64,000 bases of DNA from Syntrophobacterales bacterium (GTDB lineage Bacteria > Desulfobacterota > Syntrophobacteria > BM002): contig JASFEM010000004.1 in NCBI GenBank assembly GCA_050124835.1, positions 3,588-67,587 on the forward strand. Reading direction: 5' to 3'. Position 1 is the first letter of the stretch, and every line of letters begins with the position of its first letter. This document shows, one piece after another, positions 29,650 to 39,173 of the stretch. The notes beneath the pieces are model-generated. The model did no database searches. It worked only from the letters and a program-made list of their open reading frames with translations, and was not told where the DNA came from. A program made the position numbers and the translations under genes.

Positions 29650-30918
29650 ATGCCAGTATCTCTCGATCATGAGTCCTTTAGCTTGACTATTCAAGATTTG
29701 GGCTTTGAGTATGTTTTGGACGGTGCGGAATCCTTTTCTGGGATAGAGCTCAACCCCACTGCAGCAGACCCAGCATTGGATGAGTTCAACAAAAACCAGG
29801 GTCATGCGGGGAAGATTGATCTGCCGAAATCCCACACACCTCCGCAAGCTGAGGAAGAAGAACAGTTTCAAAAAAATCTTATCAGTTTCTATCTGAGAGA
29901 TGTCTCTCAATTTTCTCTGCTAACTCCTGAGCGCGAGATTGAATTGGCCAAGACCATAAAAGAAAGCCAAGAACTGCTCGTGAACCTTGTTGTCCACAAT
30001 TGTGCTGCTGAAAACCACTTCCCCCATCTTCGTCAGAAGATCCTTAATTGGCAAAGCGACGTAGAATCTTATCCAGGATTGCGCGAGAAGATGGTGGTCT
30101 ATATTGTATCCACCCTGGAAAAAGCTGCGGCTCAAGAGGGAGCTTCTGAAATATGCCAAGAATTGAACGCTCGGGTTCGAGACATTGTTGCCAGAATCAA
30201 CTCAGCTAAGGATGAAATGGTTAAAGCTAACCTCCGACTGGTTTTAAGCATTGCCAAGCGGTATCGCGGCCGAGGCCTGAGCTTTCTCGATCTTGTCCAG
30301 GAGGGCAACATGGGGCTGCTCAAAGCGGTTGTTCGATATGACTATACCAAGGGGAACCGTTTCAGCACTTATGCTACTTGGTGGGTACGGCAGTCCATTA
30401 TCCGAGCCATCTATGAGAAGACCAACACCATTAGGCTCCCGGTGCATGTTGTTGAGATGAAAACTTTCTTTTCTAAGATCACTTCAGAACTTACAGAGGA
30501 ACTGGACCGCGCGCCCAGTCCCTTGGAGATTGCCGAACGCTGTGGATACCCTCTTGAAAAAGTCACGATGCTCGCCCAGCTCTCTAATCGACCAGCCTCT
30601 CTCGAAGCGCCGGTTGGACAGATGGAGCAGCGGCTTACTGACGTCATAGAAGACAAGACTATTCCCTCGCCTCTTGAAGGGATCAGCCAACAGGAGCTTG
30701 TGGATGTCATCCGCAAGGTTCTGGCCTCGCTATCTCCCCGGGAGGAGGGAGTGCTCAAGTCACGTTTCGGTATCGATGGCAAGCCCTCACAGACACTCAA
30801 GACTATTGGTGGGCGGTTAGGTGTATCAAAGGAACGCATCCGCCAGATAGAGAAAAGGGCCATCAATAAACTGCGACAAAACTCGCGCTCCGAGCAACTC
30901 AGGTGTTTTGTTGAATAG
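29650..30918 (+). CDS. RNA polymerase sigma-70 family factor, group 2-like (RpoD/RpoS-related) with an N-terminal extension of about 190 aa
   Basis: Region 2 DLVQEGNMGLLKAVVRYDYTKGNRFSTYATWWVRQSIIRAI is near-identical to the RpoD consensus. Regions 3 and 4.2 (LGVSKERIRQIEKRAINKL) are present. At 423 aa it is too short for a primary sigma. An AGGAG RBS precedes the ATG at 29650. Confidence 0.75.
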   Translation: MPVSLDHESFSLTIQDLGFEYVLDGAESFSGIELNPTAADPALDEFNKNQGHAGKIDLPKSHTPPQAEEEEQFQKNLISFYLRDVSQFSLLTPEREIELAKTIKESQELLVNLVVHNCAAENHFPHLRQKILNWQSDVESYPGLREKMVVYIVSTLEKAAAQEGASEICQELNARVRDIVARINSAKDEMVKANLRLVLSIAKRYRGRGLSFLDLVQEGNMGLLKAVVRYDYTKGNRFSTYATWWVRQSIIRAIYEKTNTIRLPVHVVEMKTFFSKITSELTEELDRAPSPLEIAERCGYPLEKVTMLAQLSNRPASLEAPVGQMEQRLTDVIEDKTIPSPLEGISQQELVDVIRKVLASLSPREEGVLKSRFGIDGKPSQTLKTIGGRLGVSKERIRQIEKRAINKLRQNSRSEQLRCFVE

Positions 30919-31020
30919 GGTTATACCGGCCCAATGAATGGATCGGCTTATAGAACCTGATAAATTTAGGCAATTTCAGAGAAGGTGTTTCGCATGTTTT
31001 GGAAAACGGTTATAAACTTT

Positions 31021-31222
31021 GCTCCGCAACTGCTATTGAGGGCTGAGTCATTCCCTCCGCTTACGCTCAGTCTGCTACCTCGCGGGGGGAAGTCCTTCGG
31101 AGCGGAGGCAGAGGCAGCCTGAGCTGCGGATGTGCCAGCCTTTGCTGTTTTGCTTGGGTAGAGTTGTCTCCTTTAAAAGACAAAGGCTGGCCACATACGC
31201 CGCTTCGGGAATATGCCAGCCC
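31021..31222 (-). repeat. copy C (reverse orientation) of an approximately 200-bp dispersed element with terminal inverted repeats
   Basis: Reverse complement aligns to 44346-44552 over both ends (CTCCGC..TTGAGGGCTGAG.CATTCCC ... GGGAATATGCCAGCCC). This copy carries an internal 11-bp-stem hairpin GCCAGCCTTTG...CAAAGGCTGGC. Confidence 0.7.
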
Positions 31223-31330
31223 ACATCTATACGGAGTTAAGTACATAGGCGTTTTCTAAATATACGGCCCCGCTATTATCTTAGCGGTGTGGAATGAAGT
31301 GGCTGCAACATTGGGGTAAGGAGGAAAACC

Positions 31331-31531
31331 ATGCATATTTGTAATCAGTGTGAGAGAAGATTCGCTGAGAGTAAACCTAATATGATCGTTTGTAGCGGTA
31401 AGGAGATCTGTTTTTTCTGCAGTGCAAGCTGTAGGGATGAATGGATGTTCCCTAAGTTATTGCTTGAATGGGTGCGCACCACTGTTCCAAATAGCGAGTT
31501 GGATCGAGCGCTGCAACCATTAAAATCGTGA
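31331..31531 (+). CDS. small TRASH-domain (C-X2-C-X22-C-X3-C) metal-binding protein
   Basis: 66 aa with Cys4, Cys7, Cys30 and Cys34 in TRASH/YHS spacing. A strong AAGGAGG RBS lies 7 nt upstream. Confidence 0.55.
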   Translation: MHICNQCERRFAESKPNMIVCSGKEICFFCSASCRDEWMFPKLLLEWVRTTVPNSELDRALQPLKS

Positions 31532-31544
31532 AGAATAAAGGGAC

Positions 31545-31583
31545 ACGCCTTGGGCTGCCCCCCCAAGGGGGCTTTAGGCGTCT
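31545..31583 (+). terminator. rho-independent terminator-like nested hairpin after the TRASH gene
   Basis: ACGCCTTGGGCTGCCCCCCCAAGGGGGCTTTAGGCGT followed by CTTT. Confidence 0.45.
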
Positions 31584-31630
31584 TTCCTGCACACGGTAGT
31601 CAGTTGGAGTAATGGAGCCCAACGACTTTA

Positions 31631-31738
31631 GATTTTAGAATGCAGATTTAAGATTTAAGAGCTTAGGACCTCATAGTAAGGAAAGCATGTAACCTCAATC
31701 TGGAATCTGCAATCTGAAGTCTGCAATCTGCAATCCTT
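31631..31738. repeat. composite element: forward heptamer array (AGATTNN)x4-5, 34-nt spacer, reverse array (CAATCTG)x6
   Basis: Forward AGATTTT AGAATGC AGATTTA AGATTTA at 31631-31663. Reverse CAATCTG GAATCTG CAATCTG AAGTCTG CAATCTG CAATCC at 31698-31738. It shares the left flank GTTGGAGTAATGGAG with the copy at 32684. Confidence 0.8.
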
Positions 31739-32248
31739 TAGGTCATCACTAGGGCGGTAATCGTTGACTTGTTTGAGCTCTAGTCATGACCCTTCCGCAT
31801 TACCAAGTCTCCGCCTTCCGCAGTGCCTCTTCTATCTCCTCGATCATCTTAAATCCATGGATCAATCCGTTCTCCGTTCACTTAAACGCCCTGCGCATTG
31901 CTGAAAATAGGAAAACCCCACCTCTGCGGCTCCATGCAGAGGTGGGGCGAATCCAGGGAGGTTTCAATAGGATAGAGTGTAAACGGGGAAAATTTATACC
32001 CTACCCGTCTGATAGTATAACCTGAAAATAAGGCAGAGGGAATATGGTGGTCCCGGAGTAAGCAAAAATGGAAGATTGATGCCCCATGAGTCCAAGTAGG
32101 TTAGCCTTTTCGGATAAAAACGGATCCCAAAAGAATCGCCACTAGTAAAAACTATCAAACGGAGTGAGAACAGGAGAATGAGGCTTCTTTACCTACTATT
32201 CTATGTAGTATATGGTTGTAAGAAAACGAAAGAGAGGAGGATACCGTT

Positions 32249-32584
32249 TTGGCATGGACCATCGACGATGCAGTTTCAGATAAGAATCTTAGAGATGCCA
32301 AGATTCATCTTCAAGAGGTGTCTTTTCGCCTCGGCGACCTTACTCCCAAAATTCGGATAAGACTTTTTAGATACCCAGGAGACAAAGAAGTCTACTTTGA
32401 GCAAAGCCACTTCATTCAAACACCCGGTCAAGAAAGTGTATTTTTTCCGGCGATGAAATCTGATAATAGTGAAGCCTATGCGTTGACCCATGCTGTTGAG
32501 GGTCTGACTCACACTTACGAAGCTGCCGTGGAACTGGGGCACGAGCCCTCTGACGTTTGGTTGGTGACTAATCCAGACTTCTGA
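32249..32584 (+). CDS. hypothetical protein
   Basis: 111-aa ORF with reasonable codon usage and no recognisable motifs. It lies between two repeat composites. Confidence 0.3.
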   Translation: MAWTIDDAVSDKNLRDAKIHLQEVSFRLGDLTPKIRIRLFRYPGDKEVYFEQSHFIQTPGQESVFFPAMKSDNSEAYALTHAVEGLTHTYEAAVELGHEPSDVWLVTNPDF

Positions 32585-32683
32585 GCAAAGAATCCAGAAC
32601 AGGGACCTTTCTTTGAGCTGCGTCCAGAGCTAGTCTTTCCTTGGGGCGAGAGTCTGTTGGTGTAATGGAGTAAGGATCATTTC

Positions 32684-32763
32684 AGATTTTAGAATGCAGA
32701 TTGCAGATTTTTTTAACGAATTAAAAACAGCAACTTTAAAACAAAATCTGAAATCTACAATCC
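32684..32763. repeat. second copy of the composite element: forward (AGATTNN)x4, AT-rich spacer, reverse (AAATCTR)x3
   Basis: AGATTTT AGAATGC AGATTGC AGATTTT ... AAATCTG AAATCTA CAATCC. The flanks GTAATGGAG upstream and CAATCCT downstream are shared with 31631-31738. Confidence 0.8.
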
Positions 32764-32775
32764 TCTGAGCTTTGG

Positions 32776-32811
32776 CCTGGCCCAAAGGACCAGGTTACCG
32801 GGACGCTAATG
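32776..32811 (+). promoter_or_regulatory. conserved leader motif CCTGGCCCAAAGGACCAGGTTACCGGGAC..AATGAG, shared with 56833-56880
   Basis: About 29 of 32 nt are identical between the two loci. It contains the imperfect palindrome TGGCCC-AAA-GGACCA. Here the AATGAG includes the annotated start codon of the radical SAM gene. Confidence 0.5.
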
Positions 32812-33816
32812 AGCTCTGAGAATGACCTAAAAGAGTGCACGCTTTGTGAGCACAGGTGCGGCGTGGACCGTGTGGCTGGCGAACTGGGCGTGTGCCGCAT
32901 CGCCGGTCCCATTGTCGCATCGAGAACCCTTCATCCAGCCCCTCCGGAAAGCTATACCATCTTCGTTGCGGGATGCAACTTCAAGTGCGTAGGCTGTCAA
33001 AATTGGACCATATCCCAGTTTCCTGATAATCGGATGCCCATAGAGGGTTATGTGGATCCCAAATCCCTCGCCCAGGAATCCGTAAAAATGCTGGAATCGA
33101 CCGCTGGAATTCTTATGGGCGCCGACAGGATATTCTTCTCTGGGGGTGAACCCACAATCCATCTTCCTTTCATAGAAGAGGTTGTAAAAGAGGCCAGACG
33201 GCTCAGGCCCTCTTTGAAGGTTAATTTTGATACCAATGGCTTTATGACGGAAGAATCTCTCAAAAGAATCTTGAATTTCACCACCTCCATGACTTTTGAC
33301 ATCAAAGCCTTCTATAACGACACCATGAGGGCTATTACCGGGGCCCCGGTTGAACCTGTCCTGAGAAATGCAGAAATAGTAGCTAGAACTGCCAGTGAAA
33401 AGCTGTGGGAATATAGAATAGTCGCAATACCCGAGGTAAACGAGGATGATATTGAACCTCTCTGCCGTTTCCTCGCCTCCATATCTAAAAATCTTCCTGT
33501 CTGTTTTCTCTCTTTCAGACCAAACTATGTTATGGATGAACACCCCGGGGCCACGCGGGAACTCATGAGGCAGTGCGTTGAGCAGGCCAGGCTTGCTGGT
33601 TTAAGAAATGTTACCTATGCCGGTACAACGAATATTCCGGGAAAGGTAGGAGTCCTCCAGAGAAAGGTGGAGGGGGATTATAGCAGAAGAGGGGCCAAGA
33701 TGGCCGCGTCTTACGCTCTTTCAAAAGGCTGTAATACACACCCCAGAGATTGCTCTAATTGTCCGTCTATGAGTACGTGCCCACTCAAGAAGTATTTACC
33801 CCTCAGGAGTTCCTAA
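32809..33816 (+). CDS. radical SAM enzyme (PFL-activase / AmmeMemoRadiSam-like)
   Basis: N-terminal Cys cluster CTLCEHRCGV...GVC, followed by the canonical CNFKCVGCQNW (CxxxCxxC) motif and a GGEPT glycine-rich SAM motif. Confidence 0.65.
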   Translation: MSSENDLKECTLCEHRCGVDRVAGELGVCRIAGPIVASRTLHPAPPESYTIFVAGCNFKCVGCQNWTISQFPDNRMPIEGYVDPKSLAQESVKMLESTAGILMGADRIFFSGGEPTIHLPFIEEVVKEARRLRPSLKVNFDTNGFMTEESLKRILNFTTSMTFDIKAFYNDTMRAITGAPVEPVLRNAEIVARTASEKLWEYRIVAIPEVNEDDIEPLCRFLASISKNLPVCFLSFRPNYVMDEHPGATRELMRQCVEQARLAGLRNVTYAGTTNIPGKVGVLQRKVEGDYSRRGAKMAASYALSKGCNTHPRDCSNCPSMSTCPLKKYLPLRSS

Positions 33817-33894
33817 CCGTCCGGATTCGCAAGTCAAGATTAGAAGGCGGCGCTGAGGCCGGTGGACTTTGGATCACGCGATGCAACTCTTGCC

Positions 33895-33927
33895 AAATGA
33901 CCATTGACTAATGACCAATGACTATCC
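33895..33927. repeat. heptamer tandem array (NAATGAC)x4 between the convergent radical SAM and glycoside hydrolase genes
   Basis: The sequence reads AAATGAC CATTGAC TAATGAC CAATGAC TATCC. Confidence 0.7.
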
Positions 33928-33946
33928 ACAAGCTGTAAGCTTCGGC

Positions 33947-36622
33947 CTAGCTCCGGCCTCCTGATTGCTGGATGAGCTTGGCCACCAGCCCGGTCCAACC
34001 CGTCTGATGGCTGGCCCCTAAGCCGGCACCATTGTCACCGTGAAAATATTCGTTGAACAAGATCAGATCGCGCCATAAGGGATCTCGCTGGAATTTTTCC
34101 AGTCCACCGTAAATCGGACGATCACCCTCGCCATTTATAAGAAAGAGACTCATCAGACGCCGGGACAACTCGGTGGCCACCTCCCACAGAGTCATCCACT
34201 GACCAGACCCGGTGGGACATTCGATTTTCAGGTCATCACCATAGTAGTGATGGAATTTCTGCAAAGACTCAATAATTAGGTAATTCATGGGAAACCAGAT
34301 GGGACCCCTCCAGTTGGAGTTGCCTCCGAACAGACCGCTCTCAGACTCGGCTGGTTGGTAATTGATCGTGTGGGGTTGCCCGTCAACGTGGAAGCTGTAA
34401 GGATGCGTCCAGTGATACTTCGAAACAGAGCGAATGCCATAATCGGAGAGAAACTCATTTTCATCCAGCATTTTCCCCAAAACCCGCACGAGCCGGTCCT
34501 GGGTCAAGATGGCTAGCAGCCGACGCTCGCCAATACCTGGCGTTTCGATACAGGCCAGATTTCCGCTCAAGTGAGGGCGATTGCTGTAGAACCACTGCAT
34601 TCGCCTCTCAAAAACCGGCATGGTTTCCAGGATTTCCGGTTCGATGGTGTCCACTGCAAACAAGGGAAGCAGTCCCACCATGGAGCGCACCTTCAAAGCA
34701 ACGACCCGATCGTCGGGCAGATGAAGCGCGTCGTAGAAGAAGCCGTCCTCCTCATCCCAGAGACTGTGCCCATGACCACCACAGTCGGTCATTGCATGAG
34801 CTATACGCAGAAAGTGCTCGAAAAATTTTGTGGCCACATCCTGATAAACAGGGTTCTCCTTGGCCAATTCTAGAGCTATTTTCAGCATGGACAAGCAGAA
34901 CGCGCCCATCCAGGCAGTGCCATCTGCTTGGTCTATGTGTCCACCTGTGGGTAGCGCTTGGCTGCGATCAAAAACACTGACGTTATCCATGCCAAGAAAA
35001 CCGCCCTGGAAAACGTTTCTGCCGTCTTCATCTTTGCGGTTGACCCACCAGGTGAAATTCAAAAGCAATTTGTGAAAAACTGATTCCAAGAAGTCACGGT
35101 CCGGTCGTCCCCATTGCTTCCCGTCAATTTTGTACACTCTCCAGGCAGCCCAGGCCGGAACCGGCGGATTAACGTCGCCAAAGGACCATTCATAGGCCGG
35201 CAACTGCCCGTTGGGATGCATGTACCACTCTCGGGTAATCAACTCCAGCTGCCGCTTGGCGAAATCGGGATCAACCAGGGTCAGAGGGATGCAGTGAAAG
35301 GCCAGATCCCAAGTGGCGTACCAGGGGTACTCCCATTTGTCCGGCATGGAGATGATGTCGAAGTTAACGAGATGATCCCAATCATGGTTACGCCCGTGCA
35401 TGCGAGATCGTGGTGGTGTCGGTTCGCCAGGATCGCCCTTTAACCATTGTTCTATGTCGTAGTAATAAAGTTGCTTGGACCAGAGCATTCCGGCCAGGGC
35501 TTGGCGCTGCACCCGTTTCTCATCTTCACTTAGATTGTGGGGTTGCACGGCCGCGTAAAACTCATCCGCTTCAGCCAGTCGCTGCCCGAAGATTGCATCG
35601 AAGTTCTGAAATGGCTCTTTGTGCGCCATCTTTGACAATCGTAGTCGGAGAGCGACTGATCCCTCAGGAGTGATGGTTTCCTTAAAGAGCGCGGCCGTTT
35701 TCGTACCCGTCCGCTCAGGGTTGACTGCAGTGGTTTCAGCGTCGATCACATACCGATGAAATGCGTCTTTGACATAGGGATTAGGGTTGGGAAGACCGTA
35801 GAGCCGTTCTGCGTTGGTCTCATTTTCCGTGAAGATCAGCTCCTCCGCCCCTTCGGCATAGAGAAAGTAGGTCCCGGCTGCCGGGTGGTCAACCTCCACC
35901 GTGGATACACCCGCAGTCCTTTCCAGCAGGTGCAGCTGGGGTTTACCCGGTGTGTCGGCCATGGGGCCGTCCTCGTAGCCCCAACTCCAGGTGTTCCTGA
36001 ACCAGAATGTCGGCAAAATATGACACTCGGCCGGTTCAGGCCCACGATTAACCACGGTAATTTTTACCAAAATATCTTCTCGGTCCGCTTTGGCGTACTC
36101 AACAAACACATCAAAGTAGCGATTATCTCCAAAAATTCCAGTATCGAGGAGCTCGTATTCTAAATCGTGGTATCCGCGCCGCCCATTTTCGGCGACCAGT
36201 TCTGCATAAGGAAACTCGCCCTGCGGGTACTTGTAGAGCATTTTCATGTAGCTGTGGGTAGGGGTGCTGTCGAGATAGAAGTAATACTCTTTCACGTCCT
36301 CACCGTGATTGCCTTGCGAGCCAGTGAGCCCAAACAGTCGTTCTTTTAAGATCGGGTCGCGACCATTCCAGAGAGCCAGCCCGAAGCAAAGATGCTGATT
36401 TCGGTCACTGATCCCTGCCAGGCCGTCCTCACCCCAACGGTAGGCTTTGCTGTGGGCATGATCGTGCGGGAAAAAGTCCCAGGCTTCTCCGTCCTCACTG
36501 TAATCCTCTCGTACCGTTCCCCAGGAGCGCTCACTGATATATGGCCCCCATTTTTTCCAATTCGACTTGCGCTCGCGGTATTCGGTCAACCGCTTATGTT
36601 CATCTGTTTGCTTCATGGACAT
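33947..36622 (-). CDS. large (alpha/alpha)6-barrel glycoside hydrolase (clan GH-G, GH63 / glucosidase or mannosylglycerate-hydrolase-like)
   Basis: 891 aa with aromatic/acidic blocks ([46 protein letters not shown]) typical of GH63/GH37-type six-hairpin enzymes. Glucokinase is adjacent. Confidence 0.55.
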   Translation of the reverse strand: MSMKQTDEHKRLTEYRERKSNWKKWGPYISERSWGTVREDYSEDGEAWDFFPHDHAHSKAYRWGEDGLAGISDRNQHLCFGLALWNGRDPILKERLFGLTGSQGNHGEDVKEYYFYLDSTPTHSYMKMLYKYPQGEFPYAELVAENGRRGYHDLEYELLDTGIFGDNRYFDVFVEYAKADREDILVKITVVNRGPEPAECHILPTFWFRNTWSWGYEDGPMADTPGKPQLHLLERTAGVSTVEVDHPAAGTYFLYAEGAEELIFTENETNAERLYGLPNPNPYVKDAFHRYVIDAETTAVNPERTGTKTAALFKETITPEGSVALRLRLSKMAHKEPFQNFDAIFGQRLAEADEFYAAVQPHNLSEDEKRVQRQALAGMLWSKQLYYYDIEQWLKGDPGEPTPPRSRMHGRNHDWDHLVNFDIISMPDKWEYPWYATWDLAFHCIPLTLVDPDFAKRQLELITREWYMHPNGQLPAYEWSFGDVNPPVPAWAAWRVYKIDGKQWGRPDRDFLESVFHKLLLNFTWWVNRKDEDGRNVFQGGFLGMDNVSVFDRSQALPTGGHIDQADGTAWMGAFCLSMLKIALELAKENPVYQDVATKFFEHFLRIAHAMTDCGGHGHSLWDEEDGFFYDALHLPDDRVVALKVRSMVGLLPLFAVDTIEPEILETMPVFERRMQWFYSNRPHLSGNLACIETPGIGERRLLAILTQDRLVRVLGKMLDENEFLSDYGIRSVSKYHWTHPYSFHVDGQPHTINYQPAESESGLFGGNSNWRGPIWFPMNYLIIESLQKFHHYYGDDLKIECPTGSGQWMTLWEVATELSRRLMSLFLINGEGDRPIYGGLEKFQRDPLWRDLILFNEYFHGDNGAGLGASHQTGWTGLVAKLIQQSGGRS

Positions 36623-36705
36623 TCCCCTGCGACCCTGAACTGCCAGGAGACTTGCTTAAGAAATCGCAAATCATTTCGAAAAACACATTTATTAACCTCA
36701 TCACA

Positions 36706-36840
36706 GGTTGGGCTTGAGGGCTGAGGTATTCCCGACGCGGCGTATGTTGCCAGCCTATGCAAACTTGAATGGTTAGGCCGTCCTGCATGTTGCTGCAGAG
36801 GATGGCAATCCCGCGTCTCGCGGGACTCGGGCTGCCAGCT
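36706..36840 (+). repeat. copy B (truncated) of the approximately 200-bp dispersed element
   Basis: GGTTGGGCTTGAGGGCTGAGGTATTCCCGACGCGGCGTATGTTGCCAGCCTATGCAAACTTGAATGGTTAGGCCGT matches copy A over its first 130 nt or so. It lies in the 270-bp gap between the glycoside hydrolase start and the glucokinase stop. Confidence 0.7.
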
Positions 36841-36891
36841 GTCTGCTGTCTGCTTAGAAGTGCTCTATGCTCTCTGCCCCATGCCCTATGC

Positions 36892-37899
36892 TTATTTCGA
36901 CAAGCGGCTAAGGGCACAATGTGCCGCCCCCAACAGGGCCGCCTGCTCGTTGAGAATCACCCGGACAGGTATTTTCTCTAACAATTCACTGAACCTGCCT
37001 TTGTTTGTAAATGCCTGCATAAACATAGATTCCTTCAGTTTAGGCAGGATTTTAGGTGGGATCCCACCACCCAGGTAAACACCTCCCGTCGTCATCGCGA
37101 TTAAGGCCAGGTTACCGGCAACTGCTCCAAATATGGAGACAAACATATTCAATGCCGCCACGCACACGGGATGTTTACCATCCAGTGCGGCTTCGGTAAT
37201 CGCCCTTGCCGGATCCATCTCTTCCATGTTCCTGGCTAACCAGGTAGGTATCCGATGGCGGCCGGTGTCTTTGAGCCATAGATAAATATTTACCAATCCG
37301 GGACCAGACAAGACCCTTTCTACGCTGACGTGCCCAAATCGTTTATGAAGGTAACGCCACAATTTGATTTCCGCTTCGGTGTTTGGAGAAAAATCGATGT
37401 GCCCCCCCTCAGAAGGTACAGGGACGTACTCCCCGTCTCGAAAAATAAGCAATGCCTTCCCCAGACCCGTGCCTGGAGCGACCAACGCAAGGTTTTGCCC
37501 TTTGCGACTTTTTGCCTTGTTCAAGCGAAAGAGCTCTCGACTGTTCAGAAGAGGAATGGCATGCGCCGTGGCTGTCAAGTCATTTATAAGAGAGACATGG
37601 GCCCACTCGAAGCGTTTTTTAATCTTATCTTCGGCGACGTACCACGGCAAATTGGTTGTTTGGCATCGCCCATTTATCACCGGACCCGCAATACCAAAGC
37701 ATGCACTCTGAACCGGCACCTGATGTTTGTCCAAAAATCGTGCGATGATCCACTCCAGATTCGGCGCCTCCCTGCTGGAATAAGTCTCAATTACCTTTGC
37801 AGCAGGACGGGTCCTTCCTTGACGGAAAAAGCCGAGGTTCGTCTTTGTCCCCCCAATATCACCGGCTAAAACAAAAAGATCACTCTCAGGATTTTTCAT
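36892..37899 (-). CDS. glk: glucokinase (Glk family)
   Basis: N-terminal ATP motif LAGDIGGTKTNLGFF, with length and downstream blocks consistent with bacterial Glk. Confidence 0.7.
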   Translation of the reverse strand: MKNPESDLFVLAGDIGGTKTNLGFFRQGRTRPAAKVIETYSSREAPNLEWIIARFLDKHQVPVQSACFGIAGPVINGRCQTTNLPWYVAEDKIKKRFEWAHVSLINDLTATAHAIPLLNSRELFRLNKAKSRKGQNLALVAPGTGLGKALLIFRDGEYVPVPSEGGHIDFSPNTEAEIKLWRYLHKRFGHVSVERVLSGPGLVNIYLWLKDTGRHRIPTWLARNMEEMDPARAITEAALDGKHPVCVAALNMFVSIFGAVAGNLALIAMTTGGVYLGGGIPPKILPKLKESMFMQAFTNKGRFSELLEKIPVRVILNEQAALLGAAHCALSRLSK

Positions 37900-38433
37900 T
37901 GGCTATCTCTCCTCAGAACGTTTGAGCCCAGTTTATCTTGATAATTCTCTCTTCTGAGCTTCATACAAATTAATATAAGACACTTGCTCACAATTTAAAG
38001 GAGGCTGACTCCATAATATTTTACCTTCGCACTTTGCCTGGTCGCCACTTTAAACAAGAAAACCCTGACCGCTTACTCAGAAGCTTGATCAGGGTATAAC
38101 AGTATTACGATGAGAATCGGAGTGTAAAAGTACTCTCGTATTTATACTTTTTGAATTCTTATATAGATCCTTTAAAAGAATATTAAACTGTCATATAAAG
38201 AGCTTTGAAAATGTATTTATGTTTCAAAAATTGTAGATAAAATATTATTGTTCTATTAGTACATTACATATTCTTAATTGATTATGGCATTTCTTATTAT
38301 TTATCCTGATATTTTGGTCAAATTGTGTATAAGATTTTTCAAAAATAAAGAATTTTGTATTTTTTTCTTGACAGATAAAAATTTTTTAGCTAAACACCTA
38401 TGCTAGATATAGTGTAATTTGAGCAAATTTTTG

Positions 38434-38907
38434 CTAAATATTAGCACATTTTTTCACACTAGCGGTTTTTATAAACATTATTGCTAGCTCTTGCTTCTCT
38501 TTTGTTAATCTTTTGATTCGACCACTTAGTTTAATTACATTAGTTCTTACTGGATCAGAAACCTTATCATCCGAGTATAGCTGTAAATCAACCTTTTCAT
38601 CTTGGGCGAAGTTCACCCAATCGTCTAGCTTGACAAGGGCACCGTTGATACTCACATCGACAATGGTGCCCTCAATGGCTTTTTTCGGTTTTTTGTTGGT
38701 GACTACAACCCTGAAAGGCCTGGTTATCCGCTTATACTTTCTTTTTTCATCATCGCATTTTTCGCAATGCTCACAGATTCTTTTTGCGGTTTCGATCTCG
38801 GAGGGTTCAAGTAGCTGGGGAATCAAATAGGCCTTGTCAATGGCTTGATTTTTTGGGCAATGCCCGCTACTGTAATACTGGCACTTTTCCCAGGCTGGCT
38901 CTTTCAT
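38434..38907 (-). CDS. PilZ-domain c-di-GMP receptor with N-terminal Cys-rich (C..C..CxxCxxC) module
   Basis: PilZ motifs RITRPFR (RxxxR) and DVSINGALV (D/NxSxxG). Cysteines at positions 9, 17, 45, 48 and 51. The gene sits in a low-GC islet. Confidence 0.65.
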   Translation of the reverse strand: MKEPAWEKCQYYSSGHCPKNQAIDKAYLIPQLLEPSEIETAKRICEHCEKCDDEKRKYKRITRPFRVVVTNKKPKKAIEGTIVDVSINGALVKLDDWVNFAQDEKVDLQLYSDDKVSDPVRTNVIKLSGRIKRLTKEKQELAIMFIKTASVKKCANI

Positions 38908-39173
38908 AGGACCACCTCCACATGGAGACTCTGGGTCCGGAGCTTAGGGGATCAGGCTGCTTGGTAAATATCAATGCTTGGAGAATAGCTAGGACCGAAA
39001 ATTTTGGATAAATACGTAACTCTTATATTTTGCTATTAAATTATGTTTCTTGTTGATTGTAAATACGAAAAATTCGTAGATTGTGAATTTTTTGTCAGTT
39101 TTTTGTTAATTATTTGTGAAGAATTGGTCATGGTGCATATAATAAGAAAGTAGCGATTTATTTTTTCTTCGAC

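Noticed and set aside
31021-31222. Insertion sequence or transposon for the 200-bp TIR element
   Set aside because: No transposase ORF lies inside or adjacent, and the element is too short to be autonomous. It is kept as MITE-like or sRNA-like repeat only.
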